Shown: positions 1 to 10,193 of the stretch, piece after piece
Numbering within the stretch: position 1 is the first letter of the stretch
Layout: each line of letters begins with the position of its first letter
Assembly (NCBI GenBank): GCA_016937855.1
Contig: JAFGVU010000202.1
Location: forward strand, 12,135 to 76,134
Source: Bacteroidales bacterium
GTDB lineage: Bacteria > Bacteroidota > Bacteroidia > Bacteroidales > ML635J-15
DNA length: 64,000 nucleotides
Direction: 5' to 3'
The notes under the pieces: model-generated
What the model was told of the DNA's origin: nothing
Databases searched by the model: none
Seen by the model: only the letters and a program-made list of their open reading frames with translations
Translations under genes and position numbers: made by a program

Positions 1-2
1 CT

Positions 3-344
3 CATATAAACAAGTCGAGTCAGAGTTTTGACAAACTTGCTTTTTTAAATGATTATTATATTTTTACTAATGTTATCGATTCGACAATAGGTTTGCTACA
101 ATTTAATAAAACTGAACGTTTTGACCTTAAGTTTGTAAAATTCAACAAGCTATCCTACGAAATAATGTTTAATATCGATTTTGTCGGATTTCCACGCAAA
201 CAAAACCCGAAATATTATGAGCAGTGTAAAATCATTACCGGTAATTTTTTTGGTGATGATAATATGGAAGTAATTATTTTTCAGGATAATTACCAAAAAG
301 TTGATTGGTTAACTCAAAAAGTTGAAATCTATAGTTTTGATTAG
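3..344 (+). CDS. hypothetical protein, 5'-truncated by the window edge
   Basis: The frame of the listed 93..344 ORF stays open back to base 3 with no in-frame stop, so the TTG start at 93 is probably artificial. No recognisable motif. Confidence 0.35.
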   Translation, partial: HINKSSQSFDKLAFLNDYYIFTNVIDSTIGLLQFNKTERFDLKFVKFNKLSYEIMFNIDFVGFPRKQNPKYYEQCKIITGNFFGDDNMEVIIFQDNYQKVDWLTQKVEIYSFD

Positions 345-347
345 TTT

Positions 348-2276
348 ATGAAAAGAAATACAATATTATTATTATCATCTCTCTTTCTCTTAAGTGTTTT
401 TTATTCCTGCAACAATAAACCGGCAGTAAATAAAACTTCTGAAATTTCCATAGAGCAAGTTCACCTCTTTACGAACTATATGCAAAAAACTATATGGATG
501 GATTATCAGGACGCTATAAATACAGGTTTTATAATTCCCTCTGCAAATCAGACAGAAAACGGTTTGTTTGATTTTGATTTTACTATTACTAATAATTCGA
601 AAACTGAACAAGAGTTTTTTTACAAGATATATTATCAGAACGAGTCATATAAATGGTCTGAGTTTGATCCAAATGATAGTAGCAAACAACACGAGTTTGC
701 TCATGAAAATTTTTATGGAAGCTGGGAGGATACAGATATTGGGTTTAAATCATGTGGAAAAATCACATCCGGGGAAAGCCTAAAAATTAATGACTCTTTT
801 CGTATAGTTGGAAATCCACGTAACGAAGACATGTATTTTTACGATGGCGAAAATGACAGATGGAAACGCAACCCACGTGTAGGAGATTATAGTTTTCTTA
901 TTGTTGTAGTTAGTTCCGATGCATTAAAATCTATTCCTGATTATATTAGCAATATAAAACTACAACACGAAGGGAGGTTTGTAAATCCATTTTTCTATTT
1001 TCTATATGGTGAAGGAAAAGCATTAGACAATTGCGAAACTAATTTTTATAAAAAAAGCATTAATGTAAAAGCTAGCCCCGATTTAGGGAATGGAGTATAT
1101 ATCGACAAACCAAAATTTGTCAATGCTTCAGACGAAGATTTTGGTGAGTTTTTTACTTGCAATTGCAACAACTCCGAAGACTTATACAATAATGCGCACA
1201 TTGCTCAATTTATACATTACATCGACGAATCAAGTCAGGTTGATAATGTTCCTGTTATTCAAGACTTTTTTGGAGGTGGATTTACTAAGGAAGAATACAA
1301 TTACTTGCGCGCCTTTTACAAAAAAGAAGACCGAATTAAAGTTCTGCCACAAACAGCATCTCATGGCTGTGAAACTGTTGCAAGCGACTCCATCGAGGAT
1401 AAAATCATAATCAGAAATCCTGCATCGGAGTATGGCAAATGGCAAAAACAAAATGTTGGAATGATTACAAGACATGGTTTTACTTATGGCAAGGTAACTG
1501 TTAAAGCCAAACTAACCGAGCTATTAAATGACGATAATGTATGGAATGGAATTACCAATGCAATTTGGTTAATATATCAGGGCGGACGAGGAACAAACGA
1601 AACCGGTTGGAATTTGCGCAGACCATGTAGAGAAAAAGGATATATGAAAACCTATTGGGGCGGAAGATTTGACGACAGAGTTGAAAGAGTTGCCTATAGC
1701 GAAATAGACTTTGAGATACTTAAAACTGTTCCTTATTGTCCGGGGAGCAAATTCCCTCCTGTTTACAGCAATTATGAGGCACACACCAACAAAGTAAAAG
1801 ACTGGAATACAAAGTTGCCCGAAGATGTTTTAAGAGATGACCCAAATATTGCTGTATGTTGTACCAACTGGGATATGGCTTGTTGGGAACCAAAGAATTT
1901 CTCATCAGGATGTCATGAAGTCAAACACGATGGAAAAACATATCTTGCTCATCGTTGGGAGGATTGCTACAGAGCAGTAACTACAAAATATATGGCTCCC
2001 GACGACGAGGTTTTTGGCAGCGATTACTATTATTTTCAGATTGATTGGCAGCCCGATAAAATTATCTGGAGAATTGGTCCTGAAAAAGACCAGCTATACG
2101 AAGTTGGCTATATCGATCAAACTATATCTATGATTCCTGACAATCAAATGGTACTGATAGTTACCCAGGAATTCCACAACACAGGATGGTGGCCCGGATC
2201 GCCATATCAACAAGAAAACATACCATTTCCTGCAAAGGATTACGTTGGTGAAATTTATGAAATCACAATGGAGTAA
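348..2276 (+). CDS. lipoprotein with C-terminal GH16-like (concanavalin-type) glycoside hydrolase domain
   Basis: Signal peptide ending in a lipobox-like LSVFYSC. The C-terminal half has an ExDxE catalytic strand (SEIDFEILK) plus NAIWLIYQG and FQIDWQPDKIIWRIG blocks typical of family-16 glucanases. Confidence 0.6.
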   Translation: MKRNTILLLSSLFLLSVFYSCNNKPAVNKTSEISIEQVHLFTNYMQKTIWMDYQDAINTGFIIPSANQTENGLFDFDFTITNNSKTEQEFFYKIYYQNESYKWSEFDPNDSSKQHEFAHENFYGSWEDTDIGFKSCGKITSGESLKINDSFRIVGNPRNEDMYFYDGENDRWKRNPRVGDYSFLIVVVSSDALKSIPDYISNIKLQHEGRFVNPFFYFLYGEGKALDNCETNFYKKSINVKASPDLGNGVYIDKPKFVNASDEDFGEFFTCNCNNSEDLYNNAHIAQFIHYIDESSQVDNVPVIQDFFGGGFTKEEYNYLRAFYKKEDRIKVLPQTASHGCETVASDSIEDKIIIRNPASEYGKWQKQNVGMITRHGFTYGKVTVKAKLTELLNDDNVWNGITNAIWLIYQGGRGTNETGWNLRRPCREKGYMKTYWGGRFDDRVERVAYSEIDFEILKTVPYCPGSKFPPVYSNYEAHTNKVKDWNTKLPEDVLRDDPNIAVCCTNWDMACWEPKNFSSGCHEVKHDGKTYLAHRWEDCYRAVTTKYMAPDDEVFGSDYYYFQIDWQPDKIIWRIGPEKDQLYEVGYIDQTISMIPDNQMVLIVTQEFHNTGWWPGSPYQQENIPFPAKDYVGEIYEITME

Positions 2277-3698
2277 ATGGTATTTAGCAGCAACATATTT
2301 TTACTGTATTTTCTTCCCATATTTTTGGGACTGTATTATCTTGCCGATAAAAAATATAAAAACTATATTGCTCTTCTTGCGAGTTTGATTTTTTATGCCT
2401 GGGGTGCTCCAAAGTTCATTTTTGTAGTGCTTGGGTCAATCATTGCCGACTTTTATTTAGTTCAGCAAATGTACACTTCGACAGGACGAAAACAAAAAAC
2501 ATTCTTAGTCTTATCAGTCATTCTTAATATTGGATTGCTCGCATATTTTAAATACGCTAATTTCTTTGTGGACAATGTTAATGTACTGCTCAATTTAACA
2601 GGAGCAGGCGAAGTACATCTTGCTAAAATCGTTTTACCTATTGGCATCTCGTTTTTTACATTTCAAAAATTTACATATACAATAGATGTTTATCGTGGTA
2701 AGCATAAGCCATTAAAAAAGATTAGCGATTTAATGCTTTATATTTTGCTATTTCCTCAATTAATTGCCGGCCCCATTGTTAGATACAGCGAAATTGCCGA
2801 TCAGTTAACAAACCGCGAGCAAAACGAAAATGCAGACAATCGACTAACAGGAATGTATAGGTTTATTCTGGGCTTAGCAAAAAAAGTTCTCATTGCAAAT
2901 GTTATGGGTGCTCAGGCTGATTTAATTTTCAAACTTGATCCAAACACCATATCAACAGCCACAGCCTGGATAGGAATTCTCGCTTATACTTTTCAAATTT
3001 ATTTCGATTTTTCGGGATATAGTGATATGGCAATAGGACTTGGGAAAATGATAGGATTCAAATTCCCCGAAAACTTTAATAATCCTTATGTTAGTCGGTC
3101 TATTAGCGAATTCTGGAGACGTTGGCATATCACACTCGGTCGTTGGATGAAAGATTATTTGTATATCCCTTTGGGCGGAAACAAAGTTAGTTCTGCCGCT
3201 CGCTTATATTTTAATCTTTGGTTTGTTTTCCTTATCTCAGGACTGTGGCATGGTGCTTCGTGGACATTTGTAGCTTGGGGTGCATTTCATGGTATATTTC
3301 TGATATTAGACAGATTATTTTTGTTAAAAGTTCTAAATAAATCAGGAAAGATAGTCTCAATTGCCTTTACTTTTTTAGTAACAGTTATCGGTTGGGTTAT
3401 ATTTCGATCCGAAAGCATGGGGTTTGCAATAGATTTTATTGATAAAATGTTTAGTTTCAATTCTGGTGCAGTTATCAAACCCGACACAGAGTTTTGGACA
3501 ATATTTGTTATTGCAGTTTTGTTTAGTTTCTTCACAGCAATAAAGCCGGGTTTTAAAATTGAACAAAAAGTATTTTATGGAGATTATACCTGGACAAGAT
3601 ACATAACTATGATAATTATTTGCATGGTTTTACTCGTTTTATCGGTTGCATCTATAACATCTTCAGGTTTTAATCCTTTTATTTATTTTAGATTTTAA
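2277..3698 (+). CDS. MBOAT family O-acyltransferase (AlgI/DltB-like)
   Basis: Polytopic membrane protein with FWRRWHITLGRWMKDYLYIPLGGN and SGLWHGASW (conserved His) blocks. Its ATG directly abuts the upstream stop. Confidence 0.85.
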   Translation: MVFSSNIFLLYFLPIFLGLYYLADKKYKNYIALLASLIFYAWGAPKFIFVVLGSIIADFYLVQQMYTSTGRKQKTFLVLSVILNIGLLAYFKYANFFVDNVNVLLNLTGAGEVHLAKIVLPIGISFFTFQKFTYTIDVYRGKHKPLKKISDLMLYILLFPQLIAGPIVRYSEIADQLTNREQNENADNRLTGMYRFILGLAKKVLIANVMGAQADLIFKLDPNTISTATAWIGILAYTFQIYFDFSGYSDMAIGLGKMIGFKFPENFNNPYVSRSISEFWRRWHITLGRWMKDYLYIPLGGNKVSSAARLYFNLWFVFLISGLWHGASWTFVAWGAFHGIFLILDRLFLLKVLNKSGKIVSIAFTFLVTVIGWVIFRSESMGFAIDFIDKMFSFNSGAVIKPDTEFWTIFVIAVLFSFFTAIKPGFKIEQKVFYGDYTWTRYITMIIICMVLLVLSVASITSSGFNPFIYFRF

Positions 3699-3797
3699 CA
3701 AAGTCAATGCTCCATATTCTATGCTACAAGTCCTCTATTTTAAAAGAAGCAAATTCAAATACTTATCTCATACCAGCCAAATAATTACGATTTAAGT

Positions 3798-3805
3798 TAT
3801 ATTTG
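3798..3805 (+). promoter_or_regulatory. Bacteroidota -7 box TATATTTG (TAnnTTTG)
   Basis: Exact TAnnTTTG match ending 4 nt before ATG 3810. Confidence 0.4.
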
Positions 3806-3809
3806 TAAA

Positions 3810-4571
3810 ATGAAAAACTTAAGTATTGTAATAATTACCAAAAACGAAGAAAGAAACATTGGCAGGTGTCTCGAATCAATAATCTCCTTAAGTGATGATA
3901 TTATTGTTGTGGATTCAGGCTCACAAGATAGAACCATGGAAATCTGTCAAAAACACAATATTAAGTTTATCGTAAACGATTTTCATGATTATAGCTCACA
4001 AAAGAATTTTGGTAATAATATTGCTAAATATGATTACATATTTTCTATCGATGCTGACGAAGCTTTGTCACCAGAGCTTTATGAGTCGATAAAATGTTTA
4101 AGTTTTGATTCCAATAAGAATATTGCATTTAGTTTTAATCGTTTAAGTTTTCATTGTAGTCAACCTATAAAACATGGAGGTTGGTATCCCGATAAAAAAA
4201 CGAGAATATGGAATAAGAATTTTGGTCAATGGCAAGGCGAAATACACGAGAAACTGATTTTCGACTCACCACCACAAATTGCACACTTAAATGGTGATTT
4301 ACTGCATTACACATATTATACTCGAGAAGAGCATATAAATCAGGCCAAAAAGTTTAGCTCGCTTAATGCTAAAAGCGACTTTGCAAAAGGGAAAAACTCC
4401 AATCTTCTTTTAGCTTATTTTAGTTTTGTGCTTAGGTTTATATCTGTGTACATCCTAAGATTGGGTTTTTTAGACGGCAAAATCGGATATTTTATAGCAA
4501 AAACAACAGCTCGTGCAACCTTTTGGAGAAAGAAAGAGTTATTAGATTTGAACAGAAGTAAAAAAAATTAA
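3810..4571 (+). CDS. family 2 glycosyltransferase
   Basis: N-terminal LSIVIITKNEERNIGRCLESI, VVDSGSQDRT and a DADE motif. C-terminal amphipathic/TM tail as in LPS-core GT2 enzymes. Confidence 0.8.
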   Translation: MKNLSIVIITKNEERNIGRCLESIISLSDDIIVVDSGSQDRTMEICQKHNIKFIVNDFHDYSSQKNFGNNIAKYDYIFSIDADEALSPELYESIKCLSFDSNKNIAFSFNRLSFHCSQPIKHGGWYPDKKTRIWNKNFGQWQGEIHEKLIFDSPPQIAHLNGDLLHYTYYTREEHINQAKKFSSLNAKSDFAKGKNSNLLLAYFSFVLRFISVYILRLGFLDGKIGYFIAKTTARATFWRKKELLDLNRSKKN

Positions 4572-4657
4572 AAAAATGCCATCAAATTAAAAAATAAATG
4601 TAATTTTGTGGCTAGCGAAAAAAAATTAAATAAATATTAATTTAAATTTAAATTGTT

Positions 4658-6619
4658 ATGAGAAAATTTACTATTTTATTGAGTTTAGTTCTTCTTGCAA
4701 CATTTGGATTTGCACAATTAAATGTAAATTCAAAAATTGTTGCACATAAAGGAGAAAAAACAAAAAAACAAATTTCTTTGCAAAAAGAAGATCCAGTATG
4801 GGAAGTAACTTTTGAAGAAGAAACACCAATTTGGACGATTGGAATGATTTCTGGCGAAAAGACATGGGCAATCGGAGATACAACTCCTGCTTTTGGTTAC
4901 ACTAATTCAAATTATCAAGGTGGAGCAGCTGAAGTACCACCATCATGGTTATTTATGTTGTGGAGATATGTTCACGACTTTTCTCCATCGGGTCAAAATT
5001 TCGCTTGGATCTCAGGTATCGAAGGTTTATTAGGAGTTGGAACATTGGGCGTAGAAATTTCTGAATCTTATATCCAATTTGACAACATTGATTTAACTGA
5101 ATCTTCAAATCCAAAATTATCTTTTTACCAAAACTACAAGGTATATAATTACGATGAGTGCTATGTTGATTTTAGCGCAGATGGTGGAACAACTTGGGAA
5201 AGCGTACGAGTCAATGAAAAGTTATCACTTGGTGGTGTTAATAAAGCAGGTGAAGACTACCTAGAAATCATTGCAACTGACTATATTGCTAATGTTGCTA
5301 ATGCTTCAATTAGATTTAGATGGGTATGTCCAAATGAAGACCCTGCTTATGGTAGTGGTTATGGATGGCAATTAGATGACATTCAAATTACAGAAACTCC
5401 ATTATATGACACAAAACTAGCACATGGTAGAATGAGTTTCTTTGATTATGTTGACTATACTTTACCAGAATATGCAGAATATAACGTTTATCAAATTTCC
5501 GGATATTATGGAAATATTCCTCAGGCTCAATTCGCTTCAGCTTATGCAAACTGCTGGTTTAATGTAGCTGCACAAAATGTAGGCGTTAATGATGTAACTC
5601 CTGTAGCTACAGTTGAAATATTTGATCCTGAAATGACTAGTATTTTCACTAACACTGTTACTGGTAGTGTTATTAGTACCAATGAGACTGACACTATTGA
5701 CCTAATTGAAACCGAATTTGCATTAGGTGCAGATCCTATGTTAGGAACATATACTGTTGTGTACACAATTGCTCTTGATGGTGCTGAAGACCTCGTTGCT
5801 ACTAATAATGCTGACACAGCTTACTTTAATATTACTCAAGACTACTATGGTCGTGATGTTGACGAACCAACTAGCATGCATAGCTTAAACAACAGCTCTT
5901 TAGGTGGTTTTGATGGCGAACAATTTGGTCAAACTTATATGTTCTTGTGGGATGCTCAGATTACTTCAATTGATGTTTTCATTGATGACAATACTAACGA
6001 TGGTACTAGTTTCATAATAAATGCATTACAATATGACAGTGAATCATCTCAATGGGTTCCAGTAAGCTCTTCTGCTCTTAACAATATTAATGCAGAGGAT
6101 TTAGGAACATGGAAAAATGTTGAGTTCACTGATGATGTTAATATTGTAATTGATCCTGAAGTAGGAGGACTTGAATTACTTATCACAATTGAGATGTATT
6201 ACAATGGTGATAATGAAATCTGGATTGGTTACGACAGATACAGTTATGTTGATGCTGTTCATAATCATGGTTTCTACACAAAATACGATGGCGATGAAAC
6301 ATGGTATTATGGTGGTTTAGAAGGTGGTTTAGGCTTACGCGTTAATTTCAACGATTACTATTATGGTATGAGCGTAGAAAATGAGTTTGCTACTAACTTA
6401 TCTATTTATCCAAACCCAACAACTGGCATGTTAAATATCTCTGGTATCGAAGGTGCTGACGTTCAAATCATTAATATGATGGGACAAGTTGTTGAGTCTG
6501 TTGAAAACTTAAACGAATACAACCAAATTGACATGTCAAAATATGCTAACGGAACTTATTTCGTTAAAGCTATCGTTGACGGTAACGTTGTTACAAGAAA
6601 AATCAATCTTATGAAATAA
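4658..6619 (+). CDS. secreted protein with type A T9SS C-terminal sorting domain
   Basis: N-terminal signal peptide. The C-terminal ~80 aa ([14 protein letters not shown]...[22 protein letters not shown]) match the Por_Secre_tail pattern. Confidence 0.75.
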   Translation: MRKFTILLSLVLLATFGFAQLNVNSKIVAHKGEKTKKQISLQKEDPVWEVTFEEETPIWTIGMISGEKTWAIGDTTPAFGYTNSNYQGGAAEVPPSWLFMLWRYVHDFSPSGQNFAWISGIEGLLGVGTLGVEISESYIQFDNIDLTESSNPKLSFYQNYKVYNYDECYVDFSADGGTTWESVRVNEKLSLGGVNKAGEDYLEIIATDYIANVANASIRFRWVCPNEDPAYGSGYGWQLDDIQITETPLYDTKLAHGRMSFFDYVDYTLPEYAEYNVYQISGYYGNIPQAQFASAYANCWFNVAAQNVGVNDVTPVATVEIFDPEMTSIFTNTVTGSVISTNETDTIDLIETEFALGADPMLGTYTVVYTIALDGAEDLVATNNADTAYFNITQDYYGRDVDEPTSMHSLNNSSLGGFDGEQFGQTYMFLWDAQITSIDVFIDDNTNDGTSFIINALQYDSESSQWVPVSSSALNNINAEDLGTWKNVEFTDDVNIVIDPEVGGLELLITIEMYYNGDNEIWIGYDRYSYVDAVHNHGFYTKYDGDETWYYGGLEGGLGLRVNFNDYYYGMSVENEFATNLSIYPNPTTGMLNISGIEGADVQIINMMGQVVESVENLNEYNQIDMSKYANGTYFVKAIVDGNVVTRKINLMK

Positions 6620-6641
6620 GAATTGAAAATAAACTTTTTTT

Positions 6642-6682
6642 AAAATGCTTGTGGACTATTCGTTCACAAGCATTTTTTTTTA
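6642..6682 (+). terminator. rho-independent terminator
   Basis: AAAATGCTTGTG (6642-6653) pairs with CACAAGCATTTT (6665-6676), followed by a T-run. It sits just after the stop at 6619. Confidence 0.7.
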
Positions 6683-6688
6683 TTTTTG
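6681..6688 (+). promoter_or_regulatory. -7 box TATTTTTG
   Basis: TAnnTTTG match 14 nt upstream of ATG 6703. Confidence 0.4.
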
Positions 6689-6702
6689 TCAAAAAAAACC
6701 TT

Positions 6703-7530
6703 ATGAACTACACACAATTATTTGAACAAATCAAAACAAAGAAAAGCTTCCTTTGTACCGGATTAGACAGCGACATAAAAAAAATCCCTCAGCATCTGTT
6801 AGCAACCGACTCGCCCCTATTTGAATTTAATAAAGCAATTATTGATACAACCGCAGAATATTCTGTAGCTTACAAACCAAATTTAGCCTTTTACGAAAGT
6901 CAAGGTATCGAAGGGTGGAAAGCCTTAGAGCTTACAGTTAATTATATCCGCAAAAACTACCCCGAGATATTTATTATTGCCGATGCTAAACGAGGCGATA
7001 TTGGAAACACATCAAATCTTTATGCAAGAGCCTTTTTCGAGAATATGAATTTCGATGCTGTTACTGTCGCACCATATATGGGCGAAGACTCAGTCAGTCC
7101 GTTTCTATCATACGAAAACAAATGGGTTATTCTCTTAGCGCTTACATCAAATAAAGGTGCAGACGATTTCCAATATTTTGCAGAAGGTGAAACCAAATTA
7201 TTTGAAAAGGTTCTGGTAAAATCGCAAGAATGGGCAGGTAAAGACAAAATGATGTATGTTGTCGGTGCTACAAGAGCTGAAATGCTTGCTGATATCCGTA
7301 AAATTGTTCCGGAACATTTTCTTCTCGTTCCGGGAGTAGGTGCACAAGGTGGAAGTCTGCAGGAAGTCGCAAAATATGGTTTGAATAGCAATTGTGGACT
7401 TCTGGTTAATTCATCACGCGGAATTATTTTTGCAGACAATACCGAAAATTTCGCAATAGTTGCCGGAGAAAAAGCTAAAGAAATTCAGCTCGAAATGGAA
7501 GAATTATTGAAAATGCATAACATTATTTAA
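6703..7530 (+). CDS. pyrF: orotidine 5'-phosphate decarboxylase (type 2)
   Basis: [11 protein letters not shown] active-site motif with [10 protein letters not shown] and VNSSRGI blocks. Start moved from 6649 to ATG 6703 because the first 18 codons overlap the upstream terminator and promoter. Confidence 0.9.
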   Translation: MNYTQLFEQIKTKKSFLCTGLDSDIKKIPQHLLATDSPLFEFNKAIIDTTAEYSVAYKPNLAFYESQGIEGWKALELTVNYIRKNYPEIFIIADAKRGDIGNTSNLYARAFFENMNFDAVTVAPYMGEDSVSPFLSYENKWVILLALTSNKGADDFQYFAEGETKLFEKVLVKSQEWAGKDKMMYVVGATRAEMLADIRKIVPEHFLLVPGVGAQGGSLQEVAKYGLNSNCGLLVNSSRGIIFADNTENFAIVAGEKAKEIQLEMEELLKMHNII

Positions 7531-7608
7531 TAGATTACTCCTACAAATCTGCCTTTTTGTCATATAGTAATATTCTGCACGATATGTGGACAAGTCACAT
7601 TAATTATG

Positions 7609-7616
7609 TAATTTTG
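7609..7616 (+). promoter_or_regulatory. -7 box TAATTTTG
   Basis: TAnnTTTG match ending 4 nt before ATG 7621. Confidence 0.4.
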
Positions 7617-7620
7617 TACT

Positions 7621-8301
7621 ATGACAGAAATTAGTGACTCGAAGACAGAATTAAAAAAAATGCTACTCGCCACAGTTATACCGGCAAGTTTCATTTTTTT
7701 ATTTTGGATGATATATTTGCTCGAAATTAGTTTAAACATTAGTTTTTCGGAATACGGTCTGAGGCCACGTGAAGTTTCTCAATGGTTTGGAGTTTTAACA
7801 ATGCCCTTTTTACATGGGGGGTTTGAACATATTATCGCAAATACTACAAGCTTTTTAGTTCTTGGATCACTTCTATTTTACTTTTATAATGATAATGCTA
7901 TTCAAATTTTCATCTGGTCGTACGTTTTAAGCGGAATATTCACCTGGCTGATAGGACGCGACAGTATTCATATCGGTGCCAGCGCAATGATTTATGCTTT
8001 TGCAGGTTACATATTTACTGCCGGAATTATCAGTAAAAACATAAGGCACATGGCCATTGCCCTTGTTGTAGTATTTTTATACGGCAGTATGATATGGGGG
8101 ATTTTCCCAATGAATAATAATGTTAGCTGGGAAGGGCATTTATCTGGTTTTGCTGTAGGAATAGGACTTGCGTTTATGATACGTCCGCCTAAGATTGTTG
8201 ATGAATTTACAACTTATTCAGAATTTGACGAAGATTGCGATTGTACCGAAAACGACGATGTGGAAATTAACTATTTTTATAAAGAAGATACTGACAAATA
8301 A
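7621..8301 (+). CDS. rhomboid family intramembrane serine protease
   Basis: Six predicted TM segments, a GASAMIYAFAG serine motif and HLSGF histidine motif, and an upstream FEHIIAN block. Confidence 0.75.
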   Translation: MTEISDSKTELKKMLLATVIPASFIFLFWMIYLLEISLNISFSEYGLRPREVSQWFGVLTMPFLHGGFEHIIANTTSFLVLGSLLFYFYNDNAIQIFIWSYVLSGIFTWLIGRDSIHIGASAMIYAFAGYIFTAGIISKNIRHMAIALVVVFLYGSMIWGIFPMNNNVSWEGHLSGFAVGIGLAFMIRPPKIVDEFTTYSEFDEDCDCTENDDVEINYFYKEDTDK

Positions 8302-8306
8302 TCCAG

Positions 8307-9254
8307 ATGGACAATAATTCTTTAAATAGTATTCCATGGAATGATTATTCATCTTATATAAAAGGTTTGTTTGGTACTCGTGTTCAAAAGATCTCTGTCG
8401 ATGCAGGTTTCACCTGTCCTAATCGCGATGGCACAAAAGGCACAGGTGCTTGTATTTATTGCACTAACAAAAGTTTTAGTCCATTTTATTGTAATGGCAA
8501 TTTGGGTATCAAGCAGCAGTTGGAAAAAGGCATTTCTTTTTTTAGTCCAAAATACAAAACTCAAAAGTATTTAGCCTATTTTCAGTCATACACAAACACA
8601 TACGACAAACTCGAAGTTCTTGAAGAAAAGTATCTTGAGGCACTTTCAGTTGAGGGAGTTGTAGGTTTGGTAATAGCAACACGTCCCGACTGCATAAATC
8701 AACAAACTTTGGATTTGATTAAACACATCGCAAAAAACAAATATGTCAGTATTGAGTTTGGTGCTGAATCAACAATAGACAAAACTTTAGATTTTATCAA
8801 TCGCGGACACTCTTATTCTCAAACAATAGATGCGGTTAAATTAACTTCAAAAACTGGAATAAACTGTGGTTTGCATCTTATTATCGGACTTCCGGGTGAA
8901 AATAAAAATGACTTTATGAATCATGCTTTGGAAATATCAAAACTGCCAATAAAAACACTCAAAGTTCATCAAATGCAAGTTCTAAAAGGAACAAAACTAA
9001 AACAGGTTTTTGATGAAAATCCCGAGTTATTTTACAATTTAAACTTGGATAATTATATAGATTTAATAATTGAGTTTCTTGAGAATCTAAATCCTGAGAT
9101 AGTTGTTGAAAGGTTTACAAGTGAATCTCCCAAAGAGATGATTGTATATCCTGATTGGAATGGAAAAAAGAATTTCGAAATTAGTAGTATGGTTCAGAAA
9201 AAAATGAACTTATTAAAAACATATCAAGGTAAAATCTATGAATCGAAAGTTTAA
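8307..9254 (+). CDS. TIGR01212-family radical SAM protein
   Basis: FTCPNRDGTKGTGACIYC cluster motif and overall length/architecture of the YhcC/TIGR01212 family. Confidence 0.8.
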   Translation: MDNNSLNSIPWNDYSSYIKGLFGTRVQKISVDAGFTCPNRDGTKGTGACIYCTNKSFSPFYCNGNLGIKQQLEKGISFFSPKYKTQKYLAYFQSYTNTYDKLEVLEEKYLEALSVEGVVGLVIATRPDCINQQTLDLIKHIAKNKYVSIEFGAESTIDKTLDFINRGHSYSQTIDAVKLTSKTGINCGLHLIIGLPGENKNDFMNHALEISKLPIKTLKVHQMQVLKGTKLKQVFDENPELFYNLNLDNYIDLIIEFLENLNPEIVVERFTSESPKEMIVYPDWNGKKNFEISSMVQKKMNLLKTYQGKIYESKV

Positions 9255-10188
9255 TTTTTTATGGGCTATTGTCGTTTTTACTATTGCGACAACAATGCAT
9301 TTTTCATGTTCAACTCCCAATTCAAAACAAGAAATGGTCGAAATTTATGAACTCGATCAAATCACCGGAGCATCCGGAGTAATTAATATTGACGAAGATA
9401 TTTTTATTGTTTGCGACAATTCCCCTTACTTGTATAAACTTGATAGGAATTTAAGGATAGTCGATAAAATTGCAATCTACGACACTTCAGGATTTATAAA
9501 TGGTGAAATTGCAAAAAAGGACAAACCTGACTTTGAATCGATGGAATTAATTGGCAATTGCATTTACATTCTAGGCTCAGGATCGAAATCACCGCAGCGA
9601 GATATTCTTGTTAAGGTATTACTCGACGACATGTCTGTTACAACATTTGACACAACAACTTTCTATAGCGATTTCGCTCTAATTCCGGAAATGAATAATG
9701 TTGAACTTAATATTGAGGGCTTAGCCTATTATAAGGAGAGTATTTTTCTTTTTAATCGAATGAATAACCTGATTGTTGCATTCGATTATATGGAATTCGA
9801 GAATGCCGTTACCAATGGTGGCAATTTTCCAAAATACAAAGCAGTTACTATAAAATTACCAACAATTAATGGAATAGAGGCAGGTCTCTCTGGAGCTACT
9901 ATTTCACAATCAACCGGAAAACTATACTTAACAGCTTCGGTCGAGAATACCGAGGACAGCTACAATGATGGAGAGATTTTAGGAAGCTTTGTGGCTAGTG
10001 TCCCTTTGTCTAGTTTGTATAATGATGACTCATTTAATATTATTCAAATAGATAATAATGGAGATCCTGTCAAAGCCGAATCTATTTGTATTCTTTCAAA
10101 TCAATCAGATAAAAACGACATTCTTGGTATTGTTACCGATAGTGATGGCGGGGAATCACTTTTCCTAAAGTTACAAACAAATAAATAA
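9238..10188 (+). CDS. hypothetical lipoprotein
   Basis: Signal peptide with lipobox (MHFSCS), a long ORF, and a 17-nt overlap with the upstream gene. No recognised motif. Confidence 0.5.
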   Translation: MNRKFNFLWAIVVFTIATTMHFSCSTPNSKQEMVEIYELDQITGASGVINIDEDIFIVCDNSPYLYKLDRNLRIVDKIAIYDTSGFINGEIAKKDKPDFESMELIGNCIYILGSGSKSPQRDILVKVLLDDMSVTTFDTTTFYSDFALIPEMNNVELNIEGLAYYKESIFLFNRMNNLIVAFDYMEFENAVTNGGNFPKYKAVTIKLPTINGIEAGLSGATISQSTGKLYLTASVENTEDSYNDGEILGSFVASVPLSSLYNDDSFNIIQIDNNGDPVKAESICILSNQSDKNDILGIVTDSDGGESLFLKLQTNK

Positions 10189-10193
10189 TTTCA

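Noticed and set aside
6649-6702. N-terminal extensions proposed by the ORF track, here for pyrF and likewise at 13161, 29855, 48102, 56818 and 59131.
   Set aside because: Most of the extensions begin at TTG or GTG codons. They overlap terminators, promoters or the upstream gene, and an ATG with a sensible signal peptide or conserved N-terminus lies a few codons downstream.
7020-7439. 139-aa antisense ORF inside pyrF, together with the many other 60-140-aa ORFs nested in or antisense to long genes (e.g. 390..611, 1090..1410, 17672..17998, 31681..32046, 46750..47025, 53508..53831).
   Set aside because: Each lies entirely within a longer ORF that has clear family motifs. Their translations are low-complexity (Leu/Phe/Ile/Ser/Cys-rich), as expected from AT-rich antisense sequence, and none shows a recognisable motif.
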